DNA from: Pseudomonadota bacterium
GTDB lineage: Bacteria; Pseudomonadota; Gammaproteobacteria; GCA-002705445; GCA-002716945
NCBI GenBank assembly: GCA_036140295.1
Contig: JAYZYL010000002.1
Coordinates: forward strand, 64,440-128,439
Direction of reading: 5' to 3'
DNA length: 64,000 bases
The notes under the pieces were generated by a model. That model had not been told where the DNA came from. It searched no databases and saw only the letters and a list, made by a program, of their open reading frames with translations. Within the stretch, counting starts at the first letter, position 1; every line of letters starts with the position of its first letter. Shown piece after piece: positions 44,902 to 54,485 of the stretch. Position numbers and translations under genes: made by a program.

Positions 44902-45578
44902 ACCGTAGTTATGATAATAAAATAACTGTACTCTACCAAGAAATCAAAGAACATTTAACTATACCTTTTGATAAGTTTAAATTAGTTGTTGTTACAAAAT
45001 CTCAAGAAAAAGATAGGCTCTTAGAAGTAATAAAATCTGGTCATACTATATTTGGAGAAAATTATGTTGAGGAAGCTATAAAAAAAATAGAATTTTTGAA
45101 AGATCATAAAGCAGAATGGCATTTTATTGGTAAGATTCAGTCAAATAAAATTAAAAAGTTATGTAAATATTTTGATTGGGTACAAACCATTTGCTCTCAA
45201 AAACATGCAATAATATTAAACAACGAATGTCAAAAAAATGATAAATTGATGAACGTTTGCATTCAAATCAATCTTGACAATGAAGCATCAAAGTCTGGTA
45301 TAAATTTGTCTAGTTTGGATGAATTTTTAGGAGGGCTTGATGATCTCAAATATGTTCTAATTCGGGGGCTAATGGCAATACCAAAAAAGTCTAATATTTT
45401 GAAAGAAAATCAAGATTCATATAATATACTGAGGTTGGCTTTTGAAAAACATAAAAAGGAAAGAGAAAATTTTGATACATTATCTATAGGAATGAGTGGT
45501 GACTATATAAATGCATTAAAAAATGGATCTACAATGTTAAGAATTGGGCAGCATATTTTTGGAGTAAGAAAAAAATGA
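44898..45578 (+). CDS. yggS: YggS-family pyridoxal phosphate homeostasis protein
   Basis: VTKSQ (PLP Lys), FGENYVEE and HFIGKIQSNK motifs; conserved yggS-proC-yggT order. Confidence 0.85.
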   Translation: MNRSYDNKITVLYQEIKEHLTIPFDKFKLVVVTKSQEKDRLLEVIKSGHTIFGENYVEEAIKKIEFLKDHKAEWHFIGKIQSNKIKKLCKYFDWVQTICSQKHAIILNNECQKNDKLMNVCIQINLDNEASKSGINLSSLDEFLGGLDDLKYVLIRGLMAIPKKSNILKENQDSYNILRLAFEKHKKERENFDTLSIGMSGDYINALKNGSTMLRIGQHIFGVRKK

Positions 45579-46387
45579 GTAATAATATTTCTATAATAGG
45601 AATGGGTAATCTAACTCAGTCATTGCTCCAATCATTAATTAGCAATAATTTTAAAGGAAAAATTTTTGTCCATGATATTAATAAAAGGAAAAAAAAGTTT
45701 GCCATACGAGACAAAATAATTTTTAAAAATAGTATCTCTGATTTAATAAATTATAGTAACTTGGTGATTATAGCTGTAAAACCTGGTGATTATAAAAAAG
45801 TATGTGACAGCCTTCAAGATATACTAAAGCAAAATACAGTGCTTATCAGTCTAATGGCTGGAATTGAATCTAAATCAATAATGTCCGGATGCAATAAAAA
45901 GAAACTAGCTATTTCAAGAGTTATGACAAACATTAACAGTAAGTTTAGTTATGGAACAACATTTATTTACTTCAATAAATATGTAAGTAATCTGCAAGCT
46001 AAAAAAATAAATAATTTATGGAAAATATTTGGATCAGTTACTAATGTCCGTTCTGAACTTGAAATAGATAAAGCTACAGCTCTTCTGGGTAGCGGGCCAG
46101 CATACTTTATTGAATTTTGTCAATCGCTTATAAAAATATTTAAAAATTTTGGATTTTCTGAAAAGGAGTCACACGCATACGTAAGTGAATTATTTTTTGG
46201 GACGGCTTATCTTTGTAAGAATGACAGTAGAGATCTTGAAAATATTAAAAAAACAATTATTTCAAAAGGTGGAACTACAGAGGCTGCCTTAAAAACTTTA
46301 AAAAAGAATAAATTTAAAAATATCCTAGAAGACTCAATTACTCAAGCTTTTAGAAGAGCAAAAAATATCAATAAAAAACCTAGATGA
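45575..46387 (+). CDS. proC: Pyrroline-5-carboxylate reductase
   Basis: N-terminal Rossmann IGMGNL, C-terminal KGGTTEAAL, and context. Confidence 0.85.
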   Translation: MSNNISIIGMGNLTQSLLQSLISNNFKGKIFVHDINKRKKKFAIRDKIIFKNSISDLINYSNLVIIAVKPGDYKKVCDSLQDILKQNTVLISLMAGIESKSIMSGCNKKKLAISRVMTNINSKFSYGTTFIYFNKYVSNLQAKKINNLWKIFGSVTNVRSELEIDKATALLGSGPAYFIEFCQSLIKIFKNFGFSEKESHAYVSELFFGTAYLCKNDSRDLENIKKTIISKGGTTEAALKTLKKNKFKNILEDSITQAFRRAKNINKKPR

Positions 46388-46953
46388 ATAATTACTTCTC
46401 AGATCCAGTTTTACTAATTGCCGCTACGGTCCTTGGATTTCTTAAATATATTTTAATATTTCGATTTCTTTTTGAATTAACCAGAGTAAATTTTTATAAC
46501 CCGATATGTCAATCAATTGTTAAAATAACTAACCCTATTCTCTCTCCCCTAAGGTTATTTTCTTTAAATATAGGCAGAATAGACTTAATTATAATATTTT
46601 TAATTATTACTATAATTTCAGTTGAAATGACCTTTCCATATCTATTTCAGAATATAAATTTTAATCTTGTTCATGTAATAATATTGGCGTTTGGTTTGTT
46701 TCTAAAAACAATTTTAAACTTATATTTTTGGTTAATAATTATTGGTGCAATTGCAAGCTGGTTTTTTGTACATAACCAACATCCATTGTTTTCCTTAATT
46801 AATGAATTATGTGAACCTCTGTACTCTCCGATACGCAATTTGCTACCACAAACTCCAGGCATTGATTTTTCACCGATAGTGTTGCTTTTATTAATTCAGC
46901 TCTCTGAAATGATTATTCTCAGGCCAATTTTTGAACTAATTAGATATTTTTAA
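46384..46953 (+). CDS. yggT: YggT-family membrane protein
   Basis: It has four predicted TM segments and duplicated YggT-like repeats (NPI...P, GIDFSPIV), and sits after proC. Confidence 0.75.
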   Translation: MNNYFSDPVLLIAATVLGFLKYILIFRFLFELTRVNFYNPICQSIVKITNPILSPLRLFSLNIGRIDLIIIFLIITIISVEMTFPYLFQNINFNLVHVIILAFGLFLKTILNLYFWLIIIGAIASWFFVHNQHPLFSLINELCEPLYSPIRNLLPQTPGIDFSPIVLLLLIQLSEMIILRPIFELIRYF

Positions 46954-46955
46954 GT

Positions 46956-48086
46956 ATGAAAAAGATAAATTCAGTTGGCATAGTTTCACCAAAAATAATG
47001 AAGATCACAGATCCTTTGACATTTGAATGTGGTAAATCACTAGAGAGTTATGAGATAGTTTATGAAACCTATGGCACTTTAAATACTGAAAAAAATAATA
47101 CTGTTCTTGTTTGTCATGCTCTTTCTGGGAACCATCATGTAGCAGGATATCATGACAATGATAAAAAACCTGGGTGGTGGGATAATATGATTGGCCCACA
47201 TAAACCAATAAATACCGATAAATTCTTTGTTGTCTCATTAAATAATATTGGTGGATGTCATGGTTCTACTGGACCGAAAAGCATCAATCCTAAAACTAAA
47301 AAAACTTATGGTTCTAGTTTTCCAATTGTTACAGTTGGTGATTGGGTAAATGTACAAAAAGTTCTTATGGATTATTTGCAAATACCATATTGGCAAGTTG
47401 TTGTTGGGGGAAGTTTGGGTGGAATGCAGGCCTTTCAATGGGCAATACAATATCCTTCACTAATCAAAAACTCAATTATCGTAGCAGCTGCACCTAGATT
47501 AACTGCACAAAATATTGCATTTAATGAAGTCGCTAGACAAGCTATCATGAAAGATCCAAACTGGCATGAGGGTAATTATTTAGAAAAAAATTCATTCCCA
47601 AATCAGGGTTTAGCATTGGCGCGAATGCTTGGACACATTACATACTTATCAGATGAATCTATGGGAGAAAAGTTTGGTCGGGATCTAAAAAAATCAAAAT
47701 TAAATTTTGATTTTGATGTTGAATTTCAAATCGAAAGTTACCTTCGTTATCAAGGAGAAAAATTTGTTACCAGCTTCGATGCTAATACATACTTGTTGAT
47801 GACAAAAGCACTTGATTACTATGATCCAGTGAAAGATTATGGAGAAAAGTTTGGTCAAAAACTAGATGAAACTAATTGTAAATTCTTAGTAATATCTTTC
47901 ACGTCTGATTGGAGATTCCCTCCAGAAAGATCTAGAGAAATAATGAGATTACTCTTGGAACGGAAAAAAAATGTCAGTTATTCTGAAATTATATCAGATG
48001 GAGGACATGATGCTTTTTTAATGGAGAATAATGATTATTTTGAAATAATGAAATTATTTTTAACCGAGGTTCATAATGGCATCTAG
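46956..48086 (+). CDS. metX: Homoserine O-acyltransferase (MetX family)
   Basis: Alpha/beta hydrolase with a GGSLGGMQ nucleophile elbow and a C-terminal GGHDAFL motif, followed by metW. Confidence 0.9.
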   Translation: MKKINSVGIVSPKIMKITDPLTFECGKSLESYEIVYETYGTLNTEKNNTVLVCHALSGNHHVAGYHDNDKKPGWWDNMIGPHKPINTDKFFVVSLNNIGGCHGSTGPKSINPKTKKTYGSSFPIVTVGDWVNVQKVLMDYLQIPYWQVVVGGSLGGMQAFQWAIQYPSLIKNSIIVAAAPRLTAQNIAFNEVARQAIMKDPNWHEGNYLEKNSFPNQGLALARMLGHITYLSDESMGEKFGRDLKKSKLNFDFDVEFQIESYLRYQGEKFVTSFDANTYLLMTKALDYYDPVKDYGEKFGQKLDETNCKFLVISFTSDWRFPPERSREIMRLLLERKKNVSYSEIISDGGHDAFLMENNDYFEIMKLFLTEVHNGI

Positions 48087-48669
48087 AAAGGATTTATTAT
48101 TAATTAGTTCCTGGATAAAACCTTCTTCAAAAGTCTTAGACCTTGGCTGTGGAGATGGTCAACTTCTAAAAATTTTGAAACAAAAGTATAATGTACATGG
48201 ATATGGCGTAGAAATTAACATGAAAAATATAAAAGAATCTATAAAAAATGGGGTTAATGTTTTACAAGTAGACCTAGACTCTGGCTTAGGTGAATTTAAC
48301 TCAAAATCATTTGATTATGTTGTTTTAGCCCAATCTTTGCAAGTTCTCAAAGAACCTAAAAAATTAATCGATGAAATGTTACGTGTTGGGAATGAAATCA
48401 TTGTTTCTTTTCCTAATATGGGGCACTGGTCATCACGTCTAGGTTTGACTTTAAAGGGTACCATGCCTATTACAAAAAATTTACCTTATTCTTGGCATGA
48501 AACTCCCAATATCCATCTTTGTACTATTGAAGACTTTGTAATGTTTTGTGAGAAAAATAATTATAAAATTTTAGAAAAATCTATAACAACAATGGATCAA
48601 AAAAGTAATTTCCTTGTAAGAACTTTTCCAAATTTATTTGGGGAAATTGCTACTTTTAGAATTAAATAA
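48076..48669 (+). CDS. metW: Methionine biosynthesis protein MetW
   Basis: VLDLGCGDGQLL SAM-like loop; ~197 aa; overlaps metX by 11 nt, the canonical metXW pair. Confidence 0.9.
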   Translation: MASRKDLLLISSWIKPSSKVLDLGCGDGQLLKILKQKYNVHGYGVEINMKNIKESIKNGVNVLQVDLDSGLGEFNSKSFDYVVLAQSLQVLKEPKKLIDEMLRVGNEIIVSFPNMGHWSSRLGLTLKGTMPITKNLPYSWHETPNIHLCTIEDFVMFCEKNNYKILEKSITTMDQKSNFLVRTFPNLFGEIATFRIK

Positions 48670-49119
48670 TCAACGGAGTTTAGACTTTATAAAGTCTTTG
48701 TGTTTTACATACAATAATTCAGCGATTTTCCTTATAGTATAATCTTCATATTTGTCAACCACTCCATCAGTAAAAGCAACATCCCAAAGAAATTCCATTA
48801 ACCTCTTTTTATCTACATAAGTGCAAGATTCATTTATTTTTGAAGTCCATTCATAAAGAGAAATCATTTCTTTATTTCTGTCATCTGCAATGCACATAAG
48901 TAGTTCTGTTTGCTCATTTGAAAGGTTAAAGTTTTTTTTCGTAATCTCTAATATTTTTTGTTTTTCCATGTCATCAAAATTATCATCTGACCTTGCTACC
49001 TCTATTAGCAGAACGCATGTTGCTAAAACTAAATGATCGTCAAAGGAATCCTTAATTTCATTTGATGGTATTTTTTCACCTGATGCTACTTTCTCAAGTA
49101 AGTTTGATAGAAATTTCAT
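48670..49119 (-). CDS. TerB-like (tellurite-resistance TerB family) protein
   Basis: Two-repeat pattern LLIEVARSDDNFDDMEKQKI ... FLWDVAFTDGVVDKYEDYTIRKIAELL, typical of TerB/COG4103 proteins. Its stop codon abuts the metW stop. Confidence 0.6.
   Translation of the reverse strand: MKFLSNLLEKVASGEKIPSNEIKDSFDDHLVLATCVLLIEVARSDDNFDDMEKQKILEITKKNFNLSNEQTELLMCIADDRNKEMISLYEWTSKINESCTYVDKKRLMEFLWDVAFTDGVVDKYEDYTIRKIAELLYVKHKDFIKSKLR
48682..48697. terminator. Perfect 16-bp palindrome AGACTTTATAAAGTCT followed by TTGTGTTTT; weak candidate terminator for the metW transcript, embedded in the 3' end of the convergent terB-like gene
   Basis: The palindrome was read directly. The stem is AT-rich and has no true loop, so hairpin stability is doubtful. 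Confidence 0.2.
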
Positions 49120-49127
49120 TTAATTAA

Positions 49128-49457
49128 TTAATTAAAGGTTTGTTTGAGTGAATAAATACCGCTGTTATCATATTCATTGAAAAATATGTCGACAAATGGA
49201 TGATCTATTGGATCTGTACTAGCATCTCTTGAGAGATTTCCTTCAGCAACATAAGTTTCATTTCCTTGCCCATGAACTAGCACGTGATACCATGGCTTAT
49301 TTTTGTCAGGTCTTGACTTTGCAACACTTTGATACCACTCATCAGTTCCTTGAAAATATGGATCAGCATCAACAATTACCCCTCTATAACCAAACTTTGA
49401 ATGATAAACGATTTGACCTAGCCGAAACCTAGCTTGCTGTTTAAATGGATTGCTCAT
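49128..49457 (-). CDS. hspQ: Heat shock protein HspQ (hemimethylated DNA-binding YccV family)
   Basis: QARFRLGQIVYHSKFGYRGVIVDADPYFQGTDEWY...PWYHVLV matches the HspQ pattern. Confidence 0.85.
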   Translation of the reverse strand: MSNPFKQQARFRLGQIVYHSKFGYRGVIVDADPYFQGTDEWYQSVAKSRPDKNKPWYHVLVHGQGNETYVAEGNLSRDASTDPIDHPFVDIFFNEYDNSGIYSLKQTFN

Positions 49458-49515
49458 ACCACATTATAATATTTTGTTAGAAACTTTTAAAGGATATTAA
49501 ATTATTTGTACATAT

Positions 49516-51081
49516 TTAATCATATAAAAAAGTTATGTTTAATCTTCGGTCTTTATAATCATCCCTAAACTTATAGTCATCTGTGGCATGATATAACATT
49601 GAATTAAAGATTACTGCCCTATTTTCTCTATATGGGACCTTAGTACTTCCAATCTTCTTTTCTTCTAACTGTTTTGCGACTGAAGCAGTATTTATATTAA
49701 AATCATAAAAAGTAGCATTTTTATTAGGGAATTTATCCCAAATAATTAACCCTCCTGTTTCTGGGTTTAAATTTGCACTTTCTTGTGAGATCCAAAGGTT
49801 TAAATTAACTTCTGCATCATCAGCATGCAAATTTATTCCCTTACATTTATTATCATATTTGAAAATCCACGCCTGCGCTAACTTTGTATTAGTAAATATT
49901 TTCTTATAAGTTTTTCTGATCTCCTCACTTAACTCCAACATAAATTCATTTGCCATACCTTTTGCTAAAAAAGCCCCTAAATATCCATTGCTATATGGAA
50001 GCTTAAAAATGTTTGAAGAGTAACAAAATTTTTGTAACTCTAGCAATGCTTCTTCAGATAAAAAATTATCAATTACTACTACTTCTGGTATAGAATTGAC
50101 ATACTTTTTTTCTAATTCTAAAATATTATTGTTCTTATTTACATAGCTCTCTAATTTAGATTTTGGAGGCTTATTGTAAAGTTGTTTTAATAATAATTTT
50201 TTTTCTTCTTCGTTTATTGACGTAGGCTGGAAACTCCCTTCTTCAATTTTTTTGTAATTATTTTTTAAAAACTCATAATATTCTTTACTAAATTTTGTAT
50301 TTCTAATTCCATCAGAATCATTATCAATAAATGTTAATTGTTCAAATTCATGCTTTATAAGTGCTATTAATGAAGCAGGGTCAGCTAGGCGGTTTCTAAT
50401 GCAGTCACCATGTTTTATACCAAATTCCTTTTGAGTTGACTGTAGAATTGAATTATATTCTTTAAAGAATTTTAGTGATTCTTGAATTTTACCAAGCCAT
50501 AAATATGTCATAGCTAAAGTATGATAAGGGCCTTCAGCTTGTGGATTAGTATCCATCGCCTTCTTACCATATTTCTCTGCATCAAGAAGAAGGTTTTCAT
50601 TTTTAGTTTTTAAATATTCCAAATTATACACTTCTGCAATTCTACGAAGTAGATCAAAAGTTTCTCCATTAATTGATATGCATTTAAATAAAAATTCAAT
50701 TGCTTTATCATATTCTTCTATTGTTAGGTAAAGGTTTGCACAATTAAGATATGCTTTAAATCCTGTTTCATCAATTGAAATTGCTTTTAGAAAATGTTTT
50801 TCAGCATTTTTATATTGTTTTAGATTTTTGTAAGCTAGTCCTAAGTTATTATTCGCTTCAAAATTATTCTGTTGCTGTTTAACTGCCTGCTTAAGGAATG
50901 GTAATGCCTTCGTATGTTCACCTTTCTGAGATAGTACTAAACCATGTAAGTGGTTCGCATCAAAGTTCCTACTCTCTTCTCTCAATATTGCTTGATATAT
51001 TTGATCTGCTTGCTCAATATTACCTTGATTATGCAAGCTTAAGGCACTATTTACTAATTCACTAATTTTAGCTGGATTCAT
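49516..51081 (-). CDS. TPR-repeat protein with a C-terminal 2OG-Fe(II)-oxygenase-like (HxD...H) domain
   Basis: The N-terminal ~200 aa carry TPR-like repeats (ADQIYQAIL..., NNLGLAYKNLKQYKNAEKHFLKAI). The C-terminus has LHADDA ... LYHATD ... RLNITF, resembling a double-stranded beta-helix facial triad plus a 2OG-binding Arg. The start is set at Met 51081 because the ORF-track extension to 51120 runs through tRNA-Phe. Confidence 0.6.
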   Translation of the reverse strand: MNPAKISELVNSALSLHNQGNIEQADQIYQAILREESRNFDANHLHGLVLSQKGEHTKALPFLKQAVKQQQNNFEANNNLGLAYKNLKQYKNAEKHFLKAISIDETGFKAYLNCANLYLTIEEYDKAIEFLFKCISINGETFDLLRRIAEVYNLEYLKTKNENLLLDAEKYGKKAMDTNPQAEGPYHTLAMTYLWLGKIQESLKFFKEYNSILQSTQKEFGIKHGDCIRNRLADPASLIALIKHEFEQLTFIDNDSDGIRNTKFSKEYYEFLKNNYKKIEEGSFQPTSINEEEKKLLLKQLYNKPPKSKLESYVNKNNNILELEKKYVNSIPEVVVIDNFLSEEALLELQKFCYSSNIFKLPYSNGYLGAFLAKGMANEFMLELSEEIRKTYKKIFTNTKLAQAWIFKYDNKCKGINLHADDAEVNLNLWISQESANLNPETGGLIIWDKFPNKNATFYDFNINTASVAKQLEEKKIGSTKVPYRENRAVIFNSMLYHATDDYKFRDDYKDRRLNITFLYD

Positions 51082-51090
51082 TTCTTTTGA

Positions 51091-51163
<73 letters not shown>

Positions 51164-51203
51164 TTGAATACTATTTTTGTTATAGTTTGTTAGAACTAGC
51201 ATA

Positions 51204-51476
51204 TTATTTCTCTTCAGGCACGAAACCTTCTGGAGCCTTAGAACCTTCACCAAAGAAAAACTTCTCCATTTCTTCTTCTAGGAATTTTCTAGCTTTGGGA
51301 TCTACAGGCGTCAGTCTCATTTCATTTATCAGCATTGTTTGGTGATTTACCCACATATCCCAAGCTTCTGCCGAAATCTCTTTCATGATTCTTTCTCCTA
51401 TTTTTCCAGGGTACGGTTGATAGTCAAGGGACTTACCTTCTTTCTTCAATTTTGCACAAGTTATAACTTTAGACAT
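51204..51476 (-). CDS. yggX: Fe(2+)-trafficking protein YggX
   Basis: It is 90 aa; ...LDYQPYPGKIGERI...AWDMWVNHQTMLINEMRL... matches YggX. It lies downstream of mutY, a conserved pairing. Confidence 0.9.
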   Translation of the reverse strand: MSKVITCAKLKKEGKSLDYQPYPGKIGERIMKEISAEAWDMWVNHQTMLINEMRLTPVDPKARKFLEEEMEKFFFGEGSKAPEGFVPEEK

Positions 51477-52500
51477 AATTAATACTCAAGTAACTTAAAA
51501 TTTTTTCTTGAAACTTCGGTGTTCCATAATCAATGTTTGATAAATTATACCAATTATCATCAATTAGGCTAAGCTTTTTATTGGATTTAAGTTCAAACAA
51601 GTTAACATTAAATAAAAAATCTATATGTGACAACTTATGTACAAAATTCCAAGACTTTGTATGATGTTTTTTTCCTACATTTTTTTCTTTCAGCCACAAA
51701 AACATCTCTTCTTTATTAGGGAATATTGGTGATGAATACAGGCCTTTCCAGAGATTATTTTTTGAAATTTTTTGCATATATATCTTTTTTTTGCTGTTTA
51801 CTATTAAAGCTGCCCAAAGCTCTTCTTTTCTAGATCTAGATTTCTTCTTAATTTTTGGAAGATCAAATAAATTTTCTTCAAAAGCTTGGCAGTTTTTTTG
51901 TAGAGGACAAATTTCGCAAATAGGTTTATTTTTTTTACAAACCATAGATCCAATATCCATCAATCCTTGAATAAAATCTGATGCTCTTTTTGCTGGCAGG
52001 AGGTTTTCTGATAGCTTCCATAATTCCCGTTCAATATTTCTAGAATATATATTAGATTTGATACCATAAATTCTTGAAAGCAACCTTTTAATGTTTCCAT
52101 CTAGAATAGGAAAATTACCTTTCTCTGCAAAAGTCAATATAGCTGAGGCTGTTGTTTTGCCAATACCAGGTAGATTTATAACTTCATCATATCTAGTTGG
52201 AAAAATCATTTTATGCTTTAATTTTATGATTTGTACAGTTTTAAAAATATTCTCTGCTCGACGATAATAACCTAAACCACTCCATAATTTTAAAATATCA
52301 TTAAGCTTAGCTTTGCTCAGCGCTTTTAAATTTGGATACTTATTAATGAATTTTTTAAAATATGGTAAGACAGTTTTTACCTGAGTTTGCTGAAGCATAA
52401 TCTCAGATATCCAAATTTTATATATATCTTTAACTTTCCAAGGTAACGAGTGTCTGCCGCATGAATCATACCATTTTAAAATTTTTTTCTGCATTATCAT
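51469..52500 (-). CDS. mutY: A/G-specific adenine DNA glycosylase
   Basis: LPWK...YKIWISEIMLQQTQV, the helix-hairpin-helix LPGIGKTTASAIL, the 4Fe-4S cluster CKKNKPICEICPLQKNC, and a C-terminal NUDIX-like domain. Confidence 0.9.
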   Translation of the reverse strand: MIMQKKILKWYDSCGRHSLPWKVKDIYKIWISEIMLQQTQVKTVLPYFKKFINKYPNLKALSKAKLNDILKLWSGLGYYRRAENIFKTVQIIKLKHKMIFPTRYDEVINLPGIGKTTASAILTFAEKGNFPILDGNIKRLLSRIYGIKSNIYSRNIERELWKLSENLLPAKRASDFIQGLMDIGSMVCKKNKPICEICPLQKNCQAFEENLFDLPKIKKKSRSRKEELWAALIVNSKKKIYMQKISKNNLWKGLYSSPIFPNKEEMFLWLKEKNVGKKHHTKSWNFVHKLSHIDFLFNVNLFELKSNKKLSLIDDNWYNLSNIDYGTPKFQEKILSYLSINYV

Positions 52501-52507
52501 TTATTTA

Positions 52508-53311
52508 TTAAAAAGGTAGTTTTATTTTAATTCTTTCTTGAAGTTCCTCTTTAATTTTTTCAATAGCCTTGTCCGTTATTTCTTCAATTTCCTGCTTAAT
52601 AATATTGCTTAAATCTACAGAAACCGAAGGGGATTCTAGGCTGCCTTGAATATTTATTGGCAATTCTTTGTCTATTAAATCAAAAGGGTAAGCCTTGCCA
52701 TATTTAGAAATTGTTACTTCATCATTTTTAATTTTGGCAATAAATTTTAATGAACTTGTTTTATTTTTTAAATCAATTGTTCCTGTCCCTGTTGCTGCTA
52801 ATAAGTTTGTTTCTATATTTACTTTATTTATTGTTAAAACTTCATTAATAATATTTCCTGTAGCATTCAAATGCATAAATTTAGTTGAATTCTTTATTCT
52901 TGTTACATATTGAGTTCGCTTTGCAATTGCATATGTATTTAGTAATGTATTATCAATATTAAATCCAAAAATTTCTCCTTCTATAGCTTGTACATTTTTA
53001 ACGTCAATAACCCCTTCTATTAATGGCTTAAATAAAACAGACATTTTAATTTGTTGTGCTTTTGCAATTAAGTCCTGGTTAAACTCTTTTTTTGAAGAAA
53101 CTTTAATGTTTGGAATTGAGAAATAAATATTTGGCAAATAGGATAAATCAATATTCCCCTCATAAGAGAAATCGTAATTAATAGATTTAGATACATAAGA
53201 AATAATTTCTTCTTTATAATTATTTGGGTTTAGAAGAACATTAATAGTAATTACTAATGCAAGTAAAAAGAATATAACTCCTGAAATAATATATGTAATA
53301 GTTTTATTCAT
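52508..53311 (-). CDS. Short AsmA-like protein (267 aa)
   Basis: An N-terminal TM anchor followed by LLNPNNYKEEIISYVSKSINYDFSYEGNIDLSYLP resembles the AsmA N-terminal domain. It sits next to mutY, where Pseudomonas (from memory) has a full-length AsmA-family gene. Confidence 0.45.
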   Translation of the reverse strand: MNKTITYIISGVIFFLLALVITINVLLNPNNYKEEIISYVSKSINYDFSYEGNIDLSYLPNIYFSIPNIKVSSKKEFNQDLIAKAQQIKMSVLFKPLIEGVIDVKNVQAIEGEIFGFNIDNTLLNTYAIAKRTQYVTRIKNSTKFMHLNATGNIINEVLTINKVNIETNLLAATGTGTIDLKNKTSSLKFIAKIKNDEVTISKYGKAYPFDLIDKELPINIQGSLESPSVSVDLSNIIKQEIEEITDKAIEKIKEELQERIKIKLPF

Positions 53312-53786
53312 TTTTTCTTTTGAATTTTCCTGATTTCCCTCCTTCTTTTAATAAAAGCTTTACATCAGAAATTAACATGTTCCGATCTAGGTATTTGCAC
53401 ATATCGTATATTGTTAATAAACTTATTTGAGTCGCCATTAGACTTTCAATTTCAACTCCAGTTCTCCCAACCGATGAAACCTCTGTTGTACATTTTATAT
53501 GGTTTTGTTTTTCATTAATTTTAAAATCAATTTTTACATTAGATATTTCAATTGGGTGTGCTAATGGAATTAATTCTGAAGTTTTCTTTGCTGCCTGTAT
53601 TCCAGCTATTCTAGCTACAGACAGTACATCTCCTTTCTTGTTAGTGTTTCCTTTTATAGAGTTGATGGTTTCTTTAGACGTACTAATGATACCAGATACT
53701 ATTGCCTTCCTTTTGGTTATATCTTTGTCGGCAACATCAACCATTTGAACATTGCCTTTATTATCGATATGGTTATTTTTTTTCAT
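53304..53786 (-). CDS. moaC: Cyclic pyranopterin monophosphate synthase
   Basis: MVDV..K..T.R.A, KGDVLSVARIAGIQAAKKTSELIPLAHP and TGVEIESLMA motifs. Confidence 0.9.
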   Translation of the reverse strand: MKKNNHIDNKGNVQMVDVADKDITKRKAIVSGIISTSKETINSIKGNTNKKGDVLSVARIAGIQAAKKTSELIPLAHPIEISNVKIDFKINEKQNHIKCTTEVSSVGRTGVEIESLMATQISLLTIYDMCKYLDRNMLISDVKLLLKEGGKSGKFKRKNE

Positions 53787-53848
53787 TTTTTTATATTATT
53801 GGTGCTTTTTTAATTTTACAATATTACTCTGTAATTTATTAGATATAT

Positions 53849-54439
53849 ATGAAGATTATCCTTGCCTCTAAAAATAATGATAAAATTGAAGAAATCAAAA
53901 AGATTCTGAATAAAACGGACGTTGAGCTTCTTACGTGGCATGATACTACCTTTCCAGATGTAGAGGAAACGGGGTCTACTTTTGTTGAAAACGCACTTCT
54001 AAAGGCAAAAAGTGCATCTAAAGCTACAGGGCTAGGCTCCATTGCAGATGATTCTGGAATTGAAGTTAATTATCTGAATGGTAAACCAGGAATAAAATCT
54101 GCTAGGTATGCTGGTAATGATGCAACAAATGAAGAAAATAATATAAAACTACTAAATGAACTTCTTGATGTACCATTCGAGGATAGAAAGGCATCTTACA
54201 GGTGTGTAATAGTCTACATGAGATTCCCTGATGATCCCTATCCATTCATATCATTTGGCTCTTGGGATGGATATATTGGATTGGAGCCAAAAGGAAAAAA
54301 TGGGTTTGGATATGATCCAATCTTTTACTTACCAGAGTATGAACAAACTTCTGCTCAAATCAGTTCATCCGAAAAAAATAAAATTAGTCATCGAGCTAAA
54401 GCTCTCTTAAAATTAGAAGAGTTTATAAGTAGAACTTAA
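53849..54439 (+). CDS. rdgB: XTP/dITP diphosphatase (Ham1/RdgB)
   Basis: ILASKNNDKIEEIK, ETGSTFVENALLKA, DDSGIEV, FGYDPIF and SHRAKA motifs. Confidence 0.9.
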   Translation: MKIILASKNNDKIEEIKKILNKTDVELLTWHDTTFPDVEETGSTFVENALLKAKSASKATGLGSIADDSGIEVNYLNGKPGIKSARYAGNDATNEENNIKLLNELLDVPFEDRKASYRCVIVYMRFPDDPYPFISFGSWDGYIGLEPKGKNGFGYDPIFYLPEYEQTSAQISSSEKNKISHRAKALLKLEEFISRT

Positions 54440-54485
54440 AGAAATAAAACTCAAAATGTTCCAACACTTGCAATATAATAAACTT

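Noticed and set aside
49458-49475. TATAAT hexamer 5 nt upstream of the hspQ start codon on the minus strand, suggesting a leaderless mRNA. The same pattern occurs at the first ATG of rpoH.
   Set aside because: TATAAT-like hexamers are expected frequently by chance in ~30% G+C DNA. No convincing -35 element or sigma-32 consensus (CTTGAAA...CCCCAT) was found for hspQ. This cannot be supported without 5'-end mapping.
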